Positions 1-9,848 of a DNA stretch of 63,448 nucleotides are shown here, piece after piece (the stretch's first letter is position 1; every line of letters begins with the position of its first letter). A model generated the notes under the pieces. It had not been told where the DNA came from, made no database searches, and saw nothing but the letters and a program-made list of their open reading frames with translations. Where the stretch lies: assembly GCA_964625625.1 (NCBI GenBank), contig CAZVEG010000005.1, forward strand, positions 10,877 through 74,324, given 5' to 3'. Made by a program: the position numbers and the translations under genes. The stretch is from an uncultured Leptospirales bacterium. GTDB lineage: Bacteria; Spirochaetota; UBA4802; UBA5368.

Positions 1-119
1 AGCTTTTTTTTATCGATGTCCGCCAGCACCAGGCGCATGTCTTTGGAATGGAAAAGCGCGGCGATCTCACCGCCGATTCCACCCGCCGCGCCGGTTATTA
101 CGGCTACTCTGCCCTTCAT
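1..119 (-). CDS. SDR family oxidoreductase, N-terminal part only (runs off window start; absent from ORF track)
   Basis: Manual translation from ATG at 119: MKGRVAVITGAAGGIGGEIAALFHSKDMRLVLADID, with TGxxxGIG Rossmann motif; ATGA overlap with the stop of the upstream SDR. Confidence 0.85.
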   Translation of the reverse strand, partial: MKGRVAVITGAAGGIGGEIAALFHSKDMRLVLADIDKKK

Positions 120-946
120 TTCTTCGCCGCCTGCCTGCGCACCTTCTTTATCGCCCCGTCCATGACCGCCTCCACGAGCCAGGGGCACAGGCGTTTCATG
201 ATGAACGTGAATTTCCCCTCAAGGCCGGGGATGATGATGAACTTCTTCCTCAGCGTGTCCTTCAGCATTGCCTTCGCCACGAAGTCCGGCTGGTACAGCC
301 CGGCGTTCCCCGATATGGCCTTCGTTTCGGCGGGCTTGGTCTTTTCCTCCTCGTGAAGCTGGGGCGTGTCGGTATCGGGGGGGCACAGCACCGACACGTT
401 TATGCCGCTCGGTTTCAGCTCGCCGCGCAGGCTCTCGGAAAACCCGATCAGGCCGAATTTGGCCGCGCTGTACGCGGTGTAGCCGTACACCCCGATGAGA
501 CCCGCCATCGACGAGATGTTCACGATGTGCCCGGCCCCCCTCGCCTTCATCACCGGCACCAGGGCCTCGCAGGTATTCCAGACGCCGTACAGGTCTATGC
601 GTATCTCCTCGTCGAACTTCGCGAAGGAGGTTTTCTCGAAATCGTTACAGTAGGCAACCCCGGCGCTGTTGATGAGCACGTCCGGCGCGCCGAATTCCTT
701 CACCGCCTTTTCCATGACCTTCCGCACGGAGCGATTATCCGAAACGTCGAGCGAAGCCGAGGCAAACCGCTGCGCGGCCGATTTTTTCGAGGCCTCGATC
801 TTCGCGATCGCCTTTTTCAGCTTTTCCTTGTTCCGCGCAAAGATGGCGACGTTCGCCCCGTAAGACGAGAGAAGAACCGCGGCGGCGAGGCCGATGCCGC
901 TCGAGCCGCCGGTGATGTAGACCGTTTTACCGGAATAGTAGTTCAT
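116..946 (-). CDS. SDR oxidoreductase, 3-ketodihydrosphingosine reductase (KDSR/FVT1)-like
   Basis: TGGSSGIG, NSAG and YSAAK motifs, plus PPDTDTP...EEEKTKPAET segment typical of KDSR; start moved to ATG 946, which has a GGAG RBS. Confidence 0.8.
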   Translation of the reverse strand: MNYYSGKTVYITGGSSGIGLAAAVLLSSYGANVAIFARNKEKLKKAIAKIEASKKSAAQRFASASLDVSDNRSVRKVMEKAVKEFGAPDVLINSAGVAYCNDFEKTSFAKFDEEIRIDLYGVWNTCEALVPVMKARGAGHIVNISSMAGLIGVYGYTAYSAAKFGLIGFSESLRGELKPSGINVSVLCPPDTDTPQLHEEEKTKPAETKAISGNAGLYQPDFVAKAMLKDTLRKKFIIIPGLEGKFTFIMKRLCPWLVEAVMDGAIKKVRRQAAKK

Positions 947-1117
947 GAATGATTCTCCATACAGTAATATTGTCAGATAACCACAGCGCCCCCGGAAACC
1001 GGAAGGCATGTCTTCCCCCGGCAAGGGGCGGACACGCACATGACACCCGGGTCAGTAACAGTCAGATATGATATTTCAGCCGAAAATCAACATAAAAACC
1101 GGCCTTCTATATAATTA

Positions 1118-1146
1118 TTGACGCCCGCGGACACGCTCTGGATAAT
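1118..1146 (+). promoter_or_regulatory. sigma70-type promoter for acyl-CoA ligase
   Basis: TTGACG-17nt-GATAAT. Confidence 0.55.
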
Positions 1147-1178
1147 GCGGGAGAGTGTCGGCGACGGGGGTGCTACGG

Positions 1179-3068
1179 ATGGGAAAGACTGCAGGCGGCA
1201 TCGAGGATCTCAGGGAACTCTTCAAGGACGCGCCGCTCGAAGAGAAATCGCTCGCGGCACTGCAAATCAATTCATACCTGCGCATATGGAAGCGTACCGC
1301 CATCATCTCGCGCGAAAAGAACGGTCACACCGTGCCCGAGATGGTCCCCATTAAGGCTTTCGAGTTCGTCGAACAGCAGCTCTACCTGGCCGCGGGACTC
1401 CTCGATCTCGGCGTCGAAAAGGGCGATACCGTCGCCATCTATTCCCCCAATTCAGCGCGCTACGCCATCGAGCTCTTTGCCATACTCGCCATCGGCGCGG
1501 TGTTCGTGCCCGTCTATCCCACGACGACCGAGGAGGAGGTGGACCTGCTGCTTCGCCACTCCGAATCCAGGTTCGTCTTCGCCGGCGACGTCATGCAGTT
1601 CCAGAAGGCCTTCTCGATCCTCAACAAGGTGAAATCGCCGCTTAAAAAGCTCATCGTGAACTACCACGTGGATACGGGGAACCCGAACGTACTCTCGTAC
1701 GATGAGCTCATACGACTCGGCAGGCGCTCGGGGAGAATTCACGACGCGGCGCGGATGATCAGAACCATCAACAGTGAGGATCTCGCTGCGCTCATCTATA
1801 CACCCGGCACCACCGGCATCCCGAAGGGAGCGCTGCTCACTCACGGCAATTTCCTCGCCCAGCGAAGACTGCTCGAGCTTTTCAGGGTAACCGACAGGGA
1901 TGTTCGGCTCGCCCACCTCCCGTTCAGCCACGTGTTCGGCCTGTCCGCCGACCTGTTCTCCGCGACGGCGACCGGTTCGCTCCTCTGCATCATGAAGAGC
2001 TTCGAGACCGAGGAGGTGCTCGAGTACATCCGCGAGGTGCGGCCCACCATCATCTGCTCGGTCCCGCGCATGTACGAGAAAATCTGCGTCACCGTCATCC
2101 AGGGGCTGCAGGGGTATGGCAGGGTAAGGCGCACGCTGGCATCGCTCGCGATGAAGGTCGGCCGCAGACACTATATGGCCGAAGCCGCCGGGCGGAGAGC
2201 GCCACTCCTCCTCGGCGCGCTCAAAAAGCTCCTGTACCCCCAGCTCCGCCGCATACGCTCCTCGCTCGGAATGGGCAGGGTCCGCATCCTCGTCTCCGGC
2301 GGCGGGCCGCTTCCCCTGGAAATCGCCTACTTTTTCGGCGGCATCGGCCTGCCCGTCACGGAGGGCTACGGCCTCACCGAAACCGCCCCCATTATAAACG
2401 TAAACCGGCTCGACCTCAACAAGCCCGGTACGGTCGGTCCGCCGCTCGAGGGAGTGCTCGAGAAGATCAGCGACGAGGGCGAAATACTCGTCAAGGGTCC
2501 CACCGTATTCAAAGGATATTATAAAAGCGATGAAGAGAACGATCTGGCGTTCACGTCGGACGGTTTTTTCCGCACCGGCGACATCGGCATCTTCGACGAG
2601 GATGGCTATCTCAGGATAACGGGCCGGATCAAGGATCTGCTCATCACCTCGTCGGGGAAAAACGTCGCCCCTCTCTATATCGAAAAAAAATTCGAAAACG
2701 AACCGTTCATCAACTATATCTGCGTCGTCGGCGACCGCCGCAAGTATCTCACGGCGCTGGTCGTCCCGGATTTCACCCGGCTTCGCACCTATGCCCGCGA
2801 ACGCAACCTGAAGTTCCAGGGAGACGCGGACCTGGTCACCCATCCCGAGGTGTTCACGTTTTACAAGGAGCGCATAGGCGCGATCAACGCGACCCTGGCC
2901 CGTTACGAACAGATCAAGAAATTCATCCTGCTCCCGAATGATTTTTCGGTGAACGGCGGTGAGCTCTCCCCCACGTTTAAATTCCGCCGCCACCACGTTC
3001 ACGAAAAATACAGGGACCTCATCGATACCATGTACCCGTCGAGCGACTCGATTCCCGACGAGATTTAA
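1179..3068 (+). CDS. long-chain acyl-CoA synthetase (AMP-binding family), divergent
   Basis: YTPGTTGIPKG, EGYGLTE, FFRTGDIG, GRIKDLLITSSGKNVAP and LSPTFK motifs; ATG 1179 preferred as start. Confidence 0.85.
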   Translation: MGKTAGGIEDLRELFKDAPLEEKSLAALQINSYLRIWKRTAIISREKNGHTVPEMVPIKAFEFVEQQLYLAAGLLDLGVEKGDTVAIYSPNSARYAIELFAILAIGAVFVPVYPTTTEEEVDLLLRHSESRFVFAGDVMQFQKAFSILNKVKSPLKKLIVNYHVDTGNPNVLSYDELIRLGRRSGRIHDAARMIRTINSEDLAALIYTPGTTGIPKGALLTHGNFLAQRRLLELFRVTDRDVRLAHLPFSHVFGLSADLFSATATGSLLCIMKSFETEEVLEYIREVRPTIICSVPRMYEKICVTVIQGLQGYGRVRRTLASLAMKVGRRHYMAEAAGRRAPLLLGALKKLLYPQLRRIRSSLGMGRVRILVSGGGPLPLEIAYFFGGIGLPVTEGYGLTETAPIINVNRLDLNKPGTVGPPLEGVLEKISDEGEILVKGPTVFKGYYKSDEENDLAFTSDGFFRTGDIGIFDEDGYLRITGRIKDLLITSSGKNVAPLYIEKKFENEPFINYICVVGDRRKYLTALVVPDFTRLRTYARERNLKFQGDADLVTHPEVFTFYKERIGAINATLARYEQIKKFILLPNDFSVNGGELSPTFKFRRHHVHEKYRDLIDTMYPSSDSIPDEI

Positions 3069-3103
3069 GGCCGACAGGGATTCACGCCGCCTCCATTTCC
3101 ATA

Positions 3104-3132
3104 TTGACAAAATCCCCGCGGCCTGCCATCCT
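3104..3132 (+). promoter_or_regulatory. sigma70-type promoter for mrfAB
   Basis: TTGACA-17nt-CATCCT with TGn extended -10. Confidence 0.5.
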
Positions 3133-3173
3133 CCCCATGTGACATAAAATGATTCCCTCGCGCTTTCCGGACC

Positions 3174-5444
3174 ATGAACATCGAACAGCTCATCGATTAC
3201 CTTAAATCCCACGAACCCTTCACCGCGCAGGTGAGTTCGTGGATCAGGCACGATCCAGTACCGGCATCATACGAGCCCTTCCCCGAACACGTCGACGGAA
3301 GGCTGGTGAATATTTTCCGCAAAAGGGGCATCGAGAATCTTTACTCTCACCAGCGAGAGGCCTGCGACGCGGTCCACCGGGGCGAGGATGTCGTGATCGT
3401 AACCCCTACTGCCTCCGGGAAGACGCTCTGTTACAACCTCCCCGTACTCGACGCCATGATGAAAAACCCGGACGGCCGGGCGCTGTACCTCTTCCCCACC
3501 AAGGCTCTTTCCCAGGACCAGCTCTCCGAGCTTCACGGCGTCATCACCGAAACCGGGCTCGACATAAAGACATTCACCTTCGACGGCGACACTCCCAACT
3601 CGGCGCGCAAGGCCATACGCGCCGCCGGCAACATCGTCATCACCAATCCCGACATGCTGCACTCGGGTATATTGCCGCACCATACCATCTGGGTAAAGCT
3701 TTTCGAAAATCTCCGGTACGTGGTCATCGACGAGATTCACTCATACCGCGGGGTGTTCGGCAGCCACCTCGCCAATCTCATGCGCCGGCTCCAGCGCATC
3801 TGCCGTTTCTACGGCTCGAATCCGCGCTTCATCTGCTGCTCGGCCACGATCGCCAATCCGCGCGAACACGCCGAGGCGCTCATCGAACGCCGGTTCAGGC
3901 TGGTGGACAGGAGCGGCGCGCCGCGCGGGGAACGTCATTACGTGCTCTACAATCCGCCGGTGGTGAACAGGGAGCTCGGCATCCGCGCGTCGGCCGTGAA
4001 GGAGGCCGCGAAGGTCGGCGCCCTCTTCCTCGCGAATAAAATTTCCACCATCATTTTCGCTCGAAGCCGGCTTCGCACCGAGATCATCTCGACCTACCTG
4101 AAGGAACAGTGCGCGCCGATCAAAAACAGGATCGCCGCTTATCGCGGGGGCTACCTCCCCAACGAACGGCGCGCCATCGAACGCGGACTGCGCGAGGGAA
4201 AACTCGTGGGCGTGGTCTCGACCAACGCGCTCGAGCTCGGCATCGATATCGGCATGCTCGACGCGGCAATCACCGTCGGATACCCGGGGTCCATCTCGTC
4301 GCTCTACCAGCAGCTCGGCCGCGCGGGCCGCCGGGGCAGGGCCTCGCTCGCCGTCGTCATCGCCACCAGTTCGCCGCTCGACCAGTACATCGTTAACAAC
4401 GCGGGATTCCTCCTCGGCTCGAACCCGGAAGGAGCCACCATCAACCCCGACAACCTCCTCATACTGATGGACCACATCAAATGCGCCTCCTTCGAGCTTC
4501 CGTTCGACAGGGGCGAGCGTTTCGCGCGCCATCTCGCCACCACGACCGAGATGCTCGAATATCTCGAGGAGCGGGGAATCCTGAAGCGTTCGGGCGAGCG
4601 CTTCCACTGGATGAGCGACATCTATCCCGCCAACGGCATATCCCTGCGCACGGCCGCGCACGAGAACTTCGTGATCGTCGACAACACCGACCACTCCAGG
4701 GTGATCGGCGAAATCGACTACTATTCCGCCCCCACGCTCATACACGACGACGCGATCTATCTTCACCAGGGAAGGCAGTACTATATCGACAGGCTCGACT
4801 GGGAGCGGCGCATGGCCTTCTGTCACGAGGTCGACTCGGACTACTACACCGACGCCGAGACCAAGACCGATATCCACGTGCTCGAAAGCAACGAATCGCG
4901 CCCGCTGTCGGGCGGCACGCTCTCACGCGGGGAGATCAACGTCCGCAACATGGCGGTGATGTTCAAGAAGATCAAGTTCAACACGCACGAAAACCTCGGC
5001 TGGGGCAAGATTCATCTCCCGGAGCAGGAGATGCACACGTCATCGGCCTGGATTGATTTCGACGAGGAGCGACTCGACGCCGTCGCCGGAAAACCCCTCT
5101 CGGCGCGACTCCTCTATTCAATCGCCTACATACTGCGCAATATCGTTCCGCTGTTCACGCTGTCCGATTACGGGGACATTCACGTTCTCCACCAGACCCG
5201 GTCGAACTACAGCGGAAGACCGGCCGTCTTCCTTTACGACTCCGTTCCCGGCGGCGTCGGCATCGCGGAAAGGGCTTTCGAGGTAATAGGGCTGGTGGCC
5301 GCCGAATCGATCGGCGTCATCGAGCGCTGTGCCTGCGCGTCGGGCTGCCCCGGGTGCGTGGGGCCCCTCCCCGCGGGCGATGATGATATCAAGGGCGCCG
5401 TAAAGAGGGCCCTTCGCGAGCTTCTCGATGAGCCTGAAGGATAA
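3174..5444 (+). CDS. mrfA: SF2 DEAH-box helicase with DUF1998 domain (MrfA/YprA/Hrq1 family)
   Basis: PTASGKT, PTKALSQDQ, DEIH, TNALELGID, GRAGRR, and C-terminal CACASGCPGC motif. Confidence 0.9.
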   Translation: MNIEQLIDYLKSHEPFTAQVSSWIRHDPVPASYEPFPEHVDGRLVNIFRKRGIENLYSHQREACDAVHRGEDVVIVTPTASGKTLCYNLPVLDAMMKNPDGRALYLFPTKALSQDQLSELHGVITETGLDIKTFTFDGDTPNSARKAIRAAGNIVITNPDMLHSGILPHHTIWVKLFENLRYVVIDEIHSYRGVFGSHLANLMRRLQRICRFYGSNPRFICCSATIANPREHAEALIERRFRLVDRSGAPRGERHYVLYNPPVVNRELGIRASAVKEAAKVGALFLANKISTIIFARSRLRTEIISTYLKEQCAPIKNRIAAYRGGYLPNERRAIERGLREGKLVGVVSTNALELGIDIGMLDAAITVGYPGSISSLYQQLGRAGRRGRASLAVVIATSSPLDQYIVNNAGFLLGSNPEGATINPDNLLILMDHIKCASFELPFDRGERFARHLATTTEMLEYLEERGILKRSGERFHWMSDIYPANGISLRTAAHENFVIVDNTDHSRVIGEIDYYSAPTLIHDDAIYLHQGRQYYIDRLDWERRMAFCHEVDSDYYTDAETKTDIHVLESNESRPLSGGTLSRGEINVRNMAVMFKKIKFNTHENLGWGKIHLPEQEMHTSSAWIDFDEERLDAVAGKPLSARLLYSIAYILRNIVPLFTLSDYGDIHVLHQTRSNYSGRPAVFLYDSVPGGVGIAERAFEVIGLVAAESIGVIERCACASGCPGCVGPLPAGDDDIKGAVKRALRELLDEPEG

Positions 5445-6660
5445 GCTCCGTCTCTACGAGCGTGCGGCCGGACCCGCCCCCGTCGTGCCCGCCGAAAGTA
5501 CCCTGCGTGAAATGGGCGGATCCCTGATCCAAACGGAACACGGGCCCCTGTGGCGGTTCGACGCCGTTTACCCGATCGATGATGCCCGCATCAGCGCGCT
5601 GCGAGCGGCTATGCCGGCCCTGTTGCATCACACCGGCGCAAAACCGGTCGAGCTCGAACACCTGCTCTTCTTCGACCTCGAAACAACCGGGCTCTCCGGC
5701 GGAACCGGCACCTATCCGTTCCTTACCGGGATAGGCTACTTCCATGAGGGCGCCCTTCGCATCGAACAGTATTTGATGGACGATTACGCGCGCGAACGGA
5801 CCATCCTTTCCCACCTCGCGCCGGTTTTCCGCGGAGCGAACGCGCTTGTGGCGTTCAACGGTAAAACCTTCGACCTGCCGCTCATCAAAAACCGCTACCG
5901 GCTCAACCGCGTGAGCGGATTCCCCGTGGACCTGCCCGTCATCGACCTTCTCTATCCCTGCAGACGCCTGTTTAAACGACTATATGGAAGCTGCACCCTT
6001 AAATCGATGGAGGAAAACCTGCTCGGCGTTCACCGCGCCGACGACATCCCGGGATGGGAGATCCCCGACGTGTTCTTCTCGTTTCAGCGTTATGGCGAAA
6101 CCGGTCGGCTTCCAAATGTGATCGAACACAACCGCACCGACGTCTATTCGATGTTCACACTCGTCGAGTCGCTCGGCCGCATCTTCCACGCGTTGAGCGG
6201 CGGGCGCTATGCCGATATCGAACCGCGCATTCTCCCGAGGATAGCGCACTATCTCTACGCGACGGACCTCGCCTCTTTTCTCGAAACAGCCGCGCTCGTT
6301 CACGACGAATTGAGGACCGACCGGCTGCTCTTCAAGAAATACTGCACCGCGCTGAAGCGTTCCGGAAGGATCGGGGAGGCCCTGCGCTTCTGGAAGGGCG
6401 ATCCGTCCATCTATTCCCTCGAGGAGCTCGCCAAGTACGCCGAGCACCGCGAGCGCGATTACCGGAGCGCGCTGGACTATGCGCAAACGGCGCTTTCGCT
6501 CATCGGGCGCGGGCTCTTCTCCGGAGAAGGAGAGGCCCTGTCCGCCGACAGGGCCTCGTTCCACGGGGAGCGTTTCGCACGGAGGATCGCGCGTCTCGAG
6601 GCGCGCATTTCGCGGGACGCCGGCGTTACGCGAAATCGGGCTGTCCCGTCGCGCCCTTGA
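5428..6660 (+). CDS. mrfB: RNase H-like (DEDD) exonuclease with C-terminal helical/TPR-like region (MrfB/YprB family)
   Basis: FFDLETTGL, FNGKTFDLP and HNRTD motifs; overlaps the helicase gene. Confidence 0.85.
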   Translation: MSLKDKLRLYERAAGPAPVVPAESTLREMGGSLIQTEHGPLWRFDAVYPIDDARISALRAAMPALLHHTGAKPVELEHLLFFDLETTGLSGGTGTYPFLTGIGYFHEGALRIEQYLMDDYARERTILSHLAPVFRGANALVAFNGKTFDLPLIKNRYRLNRVSGFPVDLPVIDLLYPCRRLFKRLYGSCTLKSMEENLLGVHRADDIPGWEIPDVFFSFQRYGETGRLPNVIEHNRTDVYSMFTLVESLGRIFHALSGGRYADIEPRILPRIAHYLYATDLASFLETAALVHDELRTDRLLFKKYCTALKRSGRIGEALRFWKGDPSIYSLEELAKYAEHRERDYRSALDYAQTALSLIGRGLFSGEGEALSADRASFHGERFARRIARLEARISRDAGVTRNRAVPSRP

Positions 6661-7918
6661 CGATGGACCAGAGGTAGCCGTCCGGCTCCACCTTCTTGCG
6701 CTTCTGGACCGCCAGGTGCAGGGGGATGAACGTAAAATAATTGTTCCAGCGACCGACAAGCATACCGGTCTTCCCCGCCATGGCCCCGTGCACCGCGTTC
6801 TGGGCGAGCATGATACAGTAGACCGCGTCATCGGGCGAGGCCGGAATGCTCCTGATGATGTAGCTCGGATCGATGTATTTTAAATTAACATGGAAGTCCA
6901 TTTTTCTGAAATGGGCGTTTATCTCGTCCCTGAGCAACACCCCTATGTCCCCGTGCTTCACATTGCCCGAGGCGTCGCGCGCTTTTTCACCCGCGAAATA
7001 TTCCTGGCCGGCGCCTTCGGCGACCAGTATGACCGCGTGCCGCTTCGCCTCGAGCCTGCGATGCAGGTTATCGAGAAGGCCACCCTCACCGTGCAGCCGG
7101 AACGATACCTCCGGCAGCAACACGTAATTCACCACGTTTGATGCCAGCGCCGTGTAAGCCGCGATGAAGCCCGAATCGCGCCCCATCACCCGCACCAGGC
7201 CTATGCCATTGCGAGCCCCCCTGGCCTCCTCGTGAGCGGAGACCAGAACCTTTGTCGCCTCGGCCACGGCCGTCTCGAAGCCGAACGTCCGGTCAACGAA
7301 GCTGATGTCATTGTCGATGGTCTTGGGAACGCCGACCACGGCGATTTTCAAACCCCGACGCGCGATCTCATCACAGAGGTCCCTGGCCCCGCGGAGCGTT
7401 CCGTCGCCCCCTATGGCAAACAGCATCGATATCCCGTTTTTCTCAAGCGTATCCACCATTCCGGACACACTCTGGTTTCCTCGTGAAGAACCGAGCATGG
7501 TCCCGCCCTTGGCGTGGATCTCGTCGACCGCGTCGGGCGAGAGCTTGACGAAACCGTGCCCGTACGAGGGGATAAGACCCTCATAACCATAGGGCACCCC
7601 GTAGATGGTTCTAACCCCGTACTGGTAATAGAGTTCCATGACCAGCGCCCGGATCACGTTGTTGAGCCCGGGGCAGAGCCCCCCGCAGGTGACGATCGCC
7701 GCTTTCGCGTCTGAAGGCTCGAAAAAAATCTTCCGGCGCGGTCCGGCATTTTCAAACGACGGTGCGGCTCCGCGCTCCCTGAAAGAAGCCTTCACCCTGC
7801 CGTACTCCACGTCCACGATGACGCGCTCGCCTTCGTCGATAAACCGCCTGATCGGAAGCGGTGAATCGACCCGGCACTCGCCAAGGTTCGCGACCATGGT
7901 ATCATTGTCGTTCAGCAT
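6626..7918 (-). CDS. pfkA: 6-phosphofructokinase, ATP-dependent type (clade X-like)
   Basis: TCGGLCPG, GGDGT, PKTIDND, MGRDSG and YIDPSYIIRS motifs. Confidence 0.9.
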   Translation of the reverse strand: MLNDNDTMVANLGECRVDSPLPIRRFIDEGERVIVDVEYGRVKASFRERGAAPSFENAGPRRKIFFEPSDAKAAIVTCGGLCPGLNNVIRALVMELYYQYGVRTIYGVPYGYEGLIPSYGHGFVKLSPDAVDEIHAKGGTMLGSSRGNQSVSGMVDTLEKNGISMLFAIGGDGTLRGARDLCDEIARRGLKIAVVGVPKTIDNDISFVDRTFGFETAVAEATKVLVSAHEEARGARNGIGLVRVMGRDSGFIAAYTALASNVVNYVLLPEVSFRLHGEGGLLDNLHRRLEAKRHAVILVAEGAGQEYFAGEKARDASGNVKHGDIGVLLRDEINAHFRKMDFHVNLKYIDPSYIIRSIPASPDDAVYCIMLAQNAVHGAMAGKTGMLVGRWNNYFTFIPLHLAVQKRKKVEPDGYLWSIVKGATGQPDFA

Positions 7919-8120
7919 GGTACAGTTCCTCCTCTCCGGGATTGCCGCCGGGGGCCTTCACGGTTAGACGATACAGTAACCGGATGCGCGGCACGTCCTG
8001 CCACTCTGTGTGCCTCAAAGTGCGCGAACTTTCAAGCACATTTCCCGTGGATAACAAATGGATTGAAATTTTTCATCATGCTTTTCATTATACCCGCTGG
8101 ATGCACCCCGAACGAATCAA

Positions 8121-9122
8121 ATGAGCGAATACGGTGAAATGATAGGCATCACCTCGACCATTCCGGTGGAAATCATCTACGCCGCCGGTCGCGTTCCCGT
8201 GGACATAAACAACAGCTTTATCGCCTCAAAGGACCCCGCCTCGCTCGTCCGGCGCGCCAAGACGGATGGCTTCCCCGATACCACCTGCAGCTGGATCTGC
8301 GGCCTCTACGGCGCCGTGCTCGAACGGGGTATCGGGACCGTGGTCGGTGTTACGGGCGGCGACTGTGCCGAAACCATCGCGCTCATGGAGGTCCTCTCGC
8401 TGCGCGGTATCGATGTCATCCCCTTTTCCTACCCGCACGGACGCGACCCGGTCTCACTGCAAACGGAAATCGACCGCTTCGCGGAGCGCTTCGGAGTCGG
8501 GATACCCAGGGCCGAGGAGGAAAAGAAACGGCTCGATCGTATCCGCCGTCGAATCCATCACCTGGACCGCCTGCTCTGGGAGGAGGACAGGGCGCTCGGC
8601 GGCGAGGTGCAGCTGCTGCAACTTGGTTCCACCGATTTCGAGGGAGATCCCGATTCCTATCTCGCGAAGGTCGACGAGAAGATCACTGAAATCGAATCAA
8701 GGAAGCCGCTCGAAACTGCACTGCGGCTCGGGTTCGTGGGCGTTCCCCCGATCATCAGCAACCTGTACGATACGATTGAGCGGGACGGCGTACGCATCGT
8801 CTTCAACGAGGTCCAGCGCCAGTTCACACTTCCCCTCGGGAACACGATCGGTGAATCCTATACGCACTACACGTACCCTTACGGCATATTCGCGCGCGCG
8901 AAGGACATCGCACTGGAGGTGAAACGCCGGCGGATCGACGGCATCATCCATTACGTCCAGGCCTTCTGCTTCAGGGGTATAGAAGACATCGCGCTCCGTC
9001 GCGAGCTCGGGATTCCCGTACTCACGCTCCAGGGTGACACGCCAAGCCGTGTTACCGAAACCATGCGATTGCGCATCGAGGCTTTCGTCGACGTGCTCCA
9101 CCGTCGGAAGGATCGGCGCTGA
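8121..9122 (+). CDS. 2-hydroxyacyl-CoA dehydratase family (HGD-D) Fe-S protein
   Basis: IPVEIIYAAG, TCSWICG, GGDC and DGIIHYVQAFC motifs with three candidate cluster-ligating Cys. Confidence 0.8.
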   Translation: MSEYGEMIGITSTIPVEIIYAAGRVPVDINNSFIASKDPASLVRRAKTDGFPDTTCSWICGLYGAVLERGIGTVVGVTGGDCAETIALMEVLSLRGIDVIPFSYPHGRDPVSLQTEIDRFAERFGVGIPRAEEEKKRLDRIRRRIHHLDRLLWEEDRALGGEVQLLQLGSTDFEGDPDSYLAKVDEKITEIESRKPLETALRLGFVGVPPIISNLYDTIERDGVRIVFNEVQRQFTLPLGNTIGESYTHYTYPYGIFARAKDIALEVKRRRIDGIIHYVQAFCFRGIEDIALRRELGIPVLTLQGDTPSRVTETMRLRIEAFVDVLHRRKDRR

Positions 9123-9847
9123 TGGAACCATACACCGACCTCGCCCTGTCCTACGACCACATCCTCAGGCACGTCGACTACGACCAGTGGTACCGCTATC
9201 TCAGGAGCATCATGTTCCAGTATATCGAGTATCCCGAATGGATACTCGAGCTGGGGTGCGGCACGGGAAAATTCGGCGCCATGTTCTCGCGTGACGACTT
9301 CCCGGTATACGGCATGGACCGCTCCATCGAGATGCTGCGGGTCGCCAGGAAACGCGCGTACAAAAACTACCGCATATTCTGCGCCGACATGACCGACTTC
9401 AGGGTCGCGCGCGCGTTCGATTTCATTTTCTCGGTCCACGACACCATGAACTATTTCCTGACCTACGCGAATATACAGAGGGTGTTCCGCAGCGCCCGCA
9501 GGGCGATGCACGACGGCAGCATTTTCATGTTCGACATAACCACCGAGTACAACATACGCCGTTACTTCGACGGGCGCGTCACCAGGTATCGGACGCGCGG
9601 CACAACGGTCAAATGGAGCAATTCCTACGACGAGGAAAGGAAACTGATACGCTCCATCCTCGAGTTCCGTCACGGGGACGGCACGGCATCCGTCGAAGAA
9701 CACGTACAGCGCATCTATTCCATCGCCGAGATCAAAACCCTGCTCGAGAGGGAGCGGCTGCGGGTCATAGACATTTTCGGCGACTATACCTTCTCCGCAC
9801 CCTGCGACGACACGGTGATGATTAACTTCATCACACGGAGGATCTGA
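9122..9847 (+). CDS. class I SAM-dependent methyltransferase
   Basis: LELGCGTG, GMDRSIEML and DTMNY motifs; overlaps the upstream stop. Confidence 0.85.
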   Translation: MEPYTDLALSYDHILRHVDYDQWYRYLRSIMFQYIEYPEWILELGCGTGKFGAMFSRDDFPVYGMDRSIEMLRVARKRAYKNYRIFCADMTDFRVARAFDFIFSVHDTMNYFLTYANIQRVFRSARRAMHDGSIFMFDITTEYNIRRYFDGRVTRYRTRGTTVKWSNSYDEERKLIRSILEFRHGDGTASVEEHVQRIYSIAEIKTLLERERLRVIDIFGDYTFSAPCDDTVMINFITRRI

Positions 9848-9848
9848 G

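Noticed and set aside
1452-3251. Long antisense and alternate-frame ORFs across the window (e.g. 1452-3251, 45044-46486, 60080-61831)
   Set aside because: They shadow well-supported genes and lack motifs and RBS; such ORFs are expected in GC-rich DNA with few stops in the reverse frame
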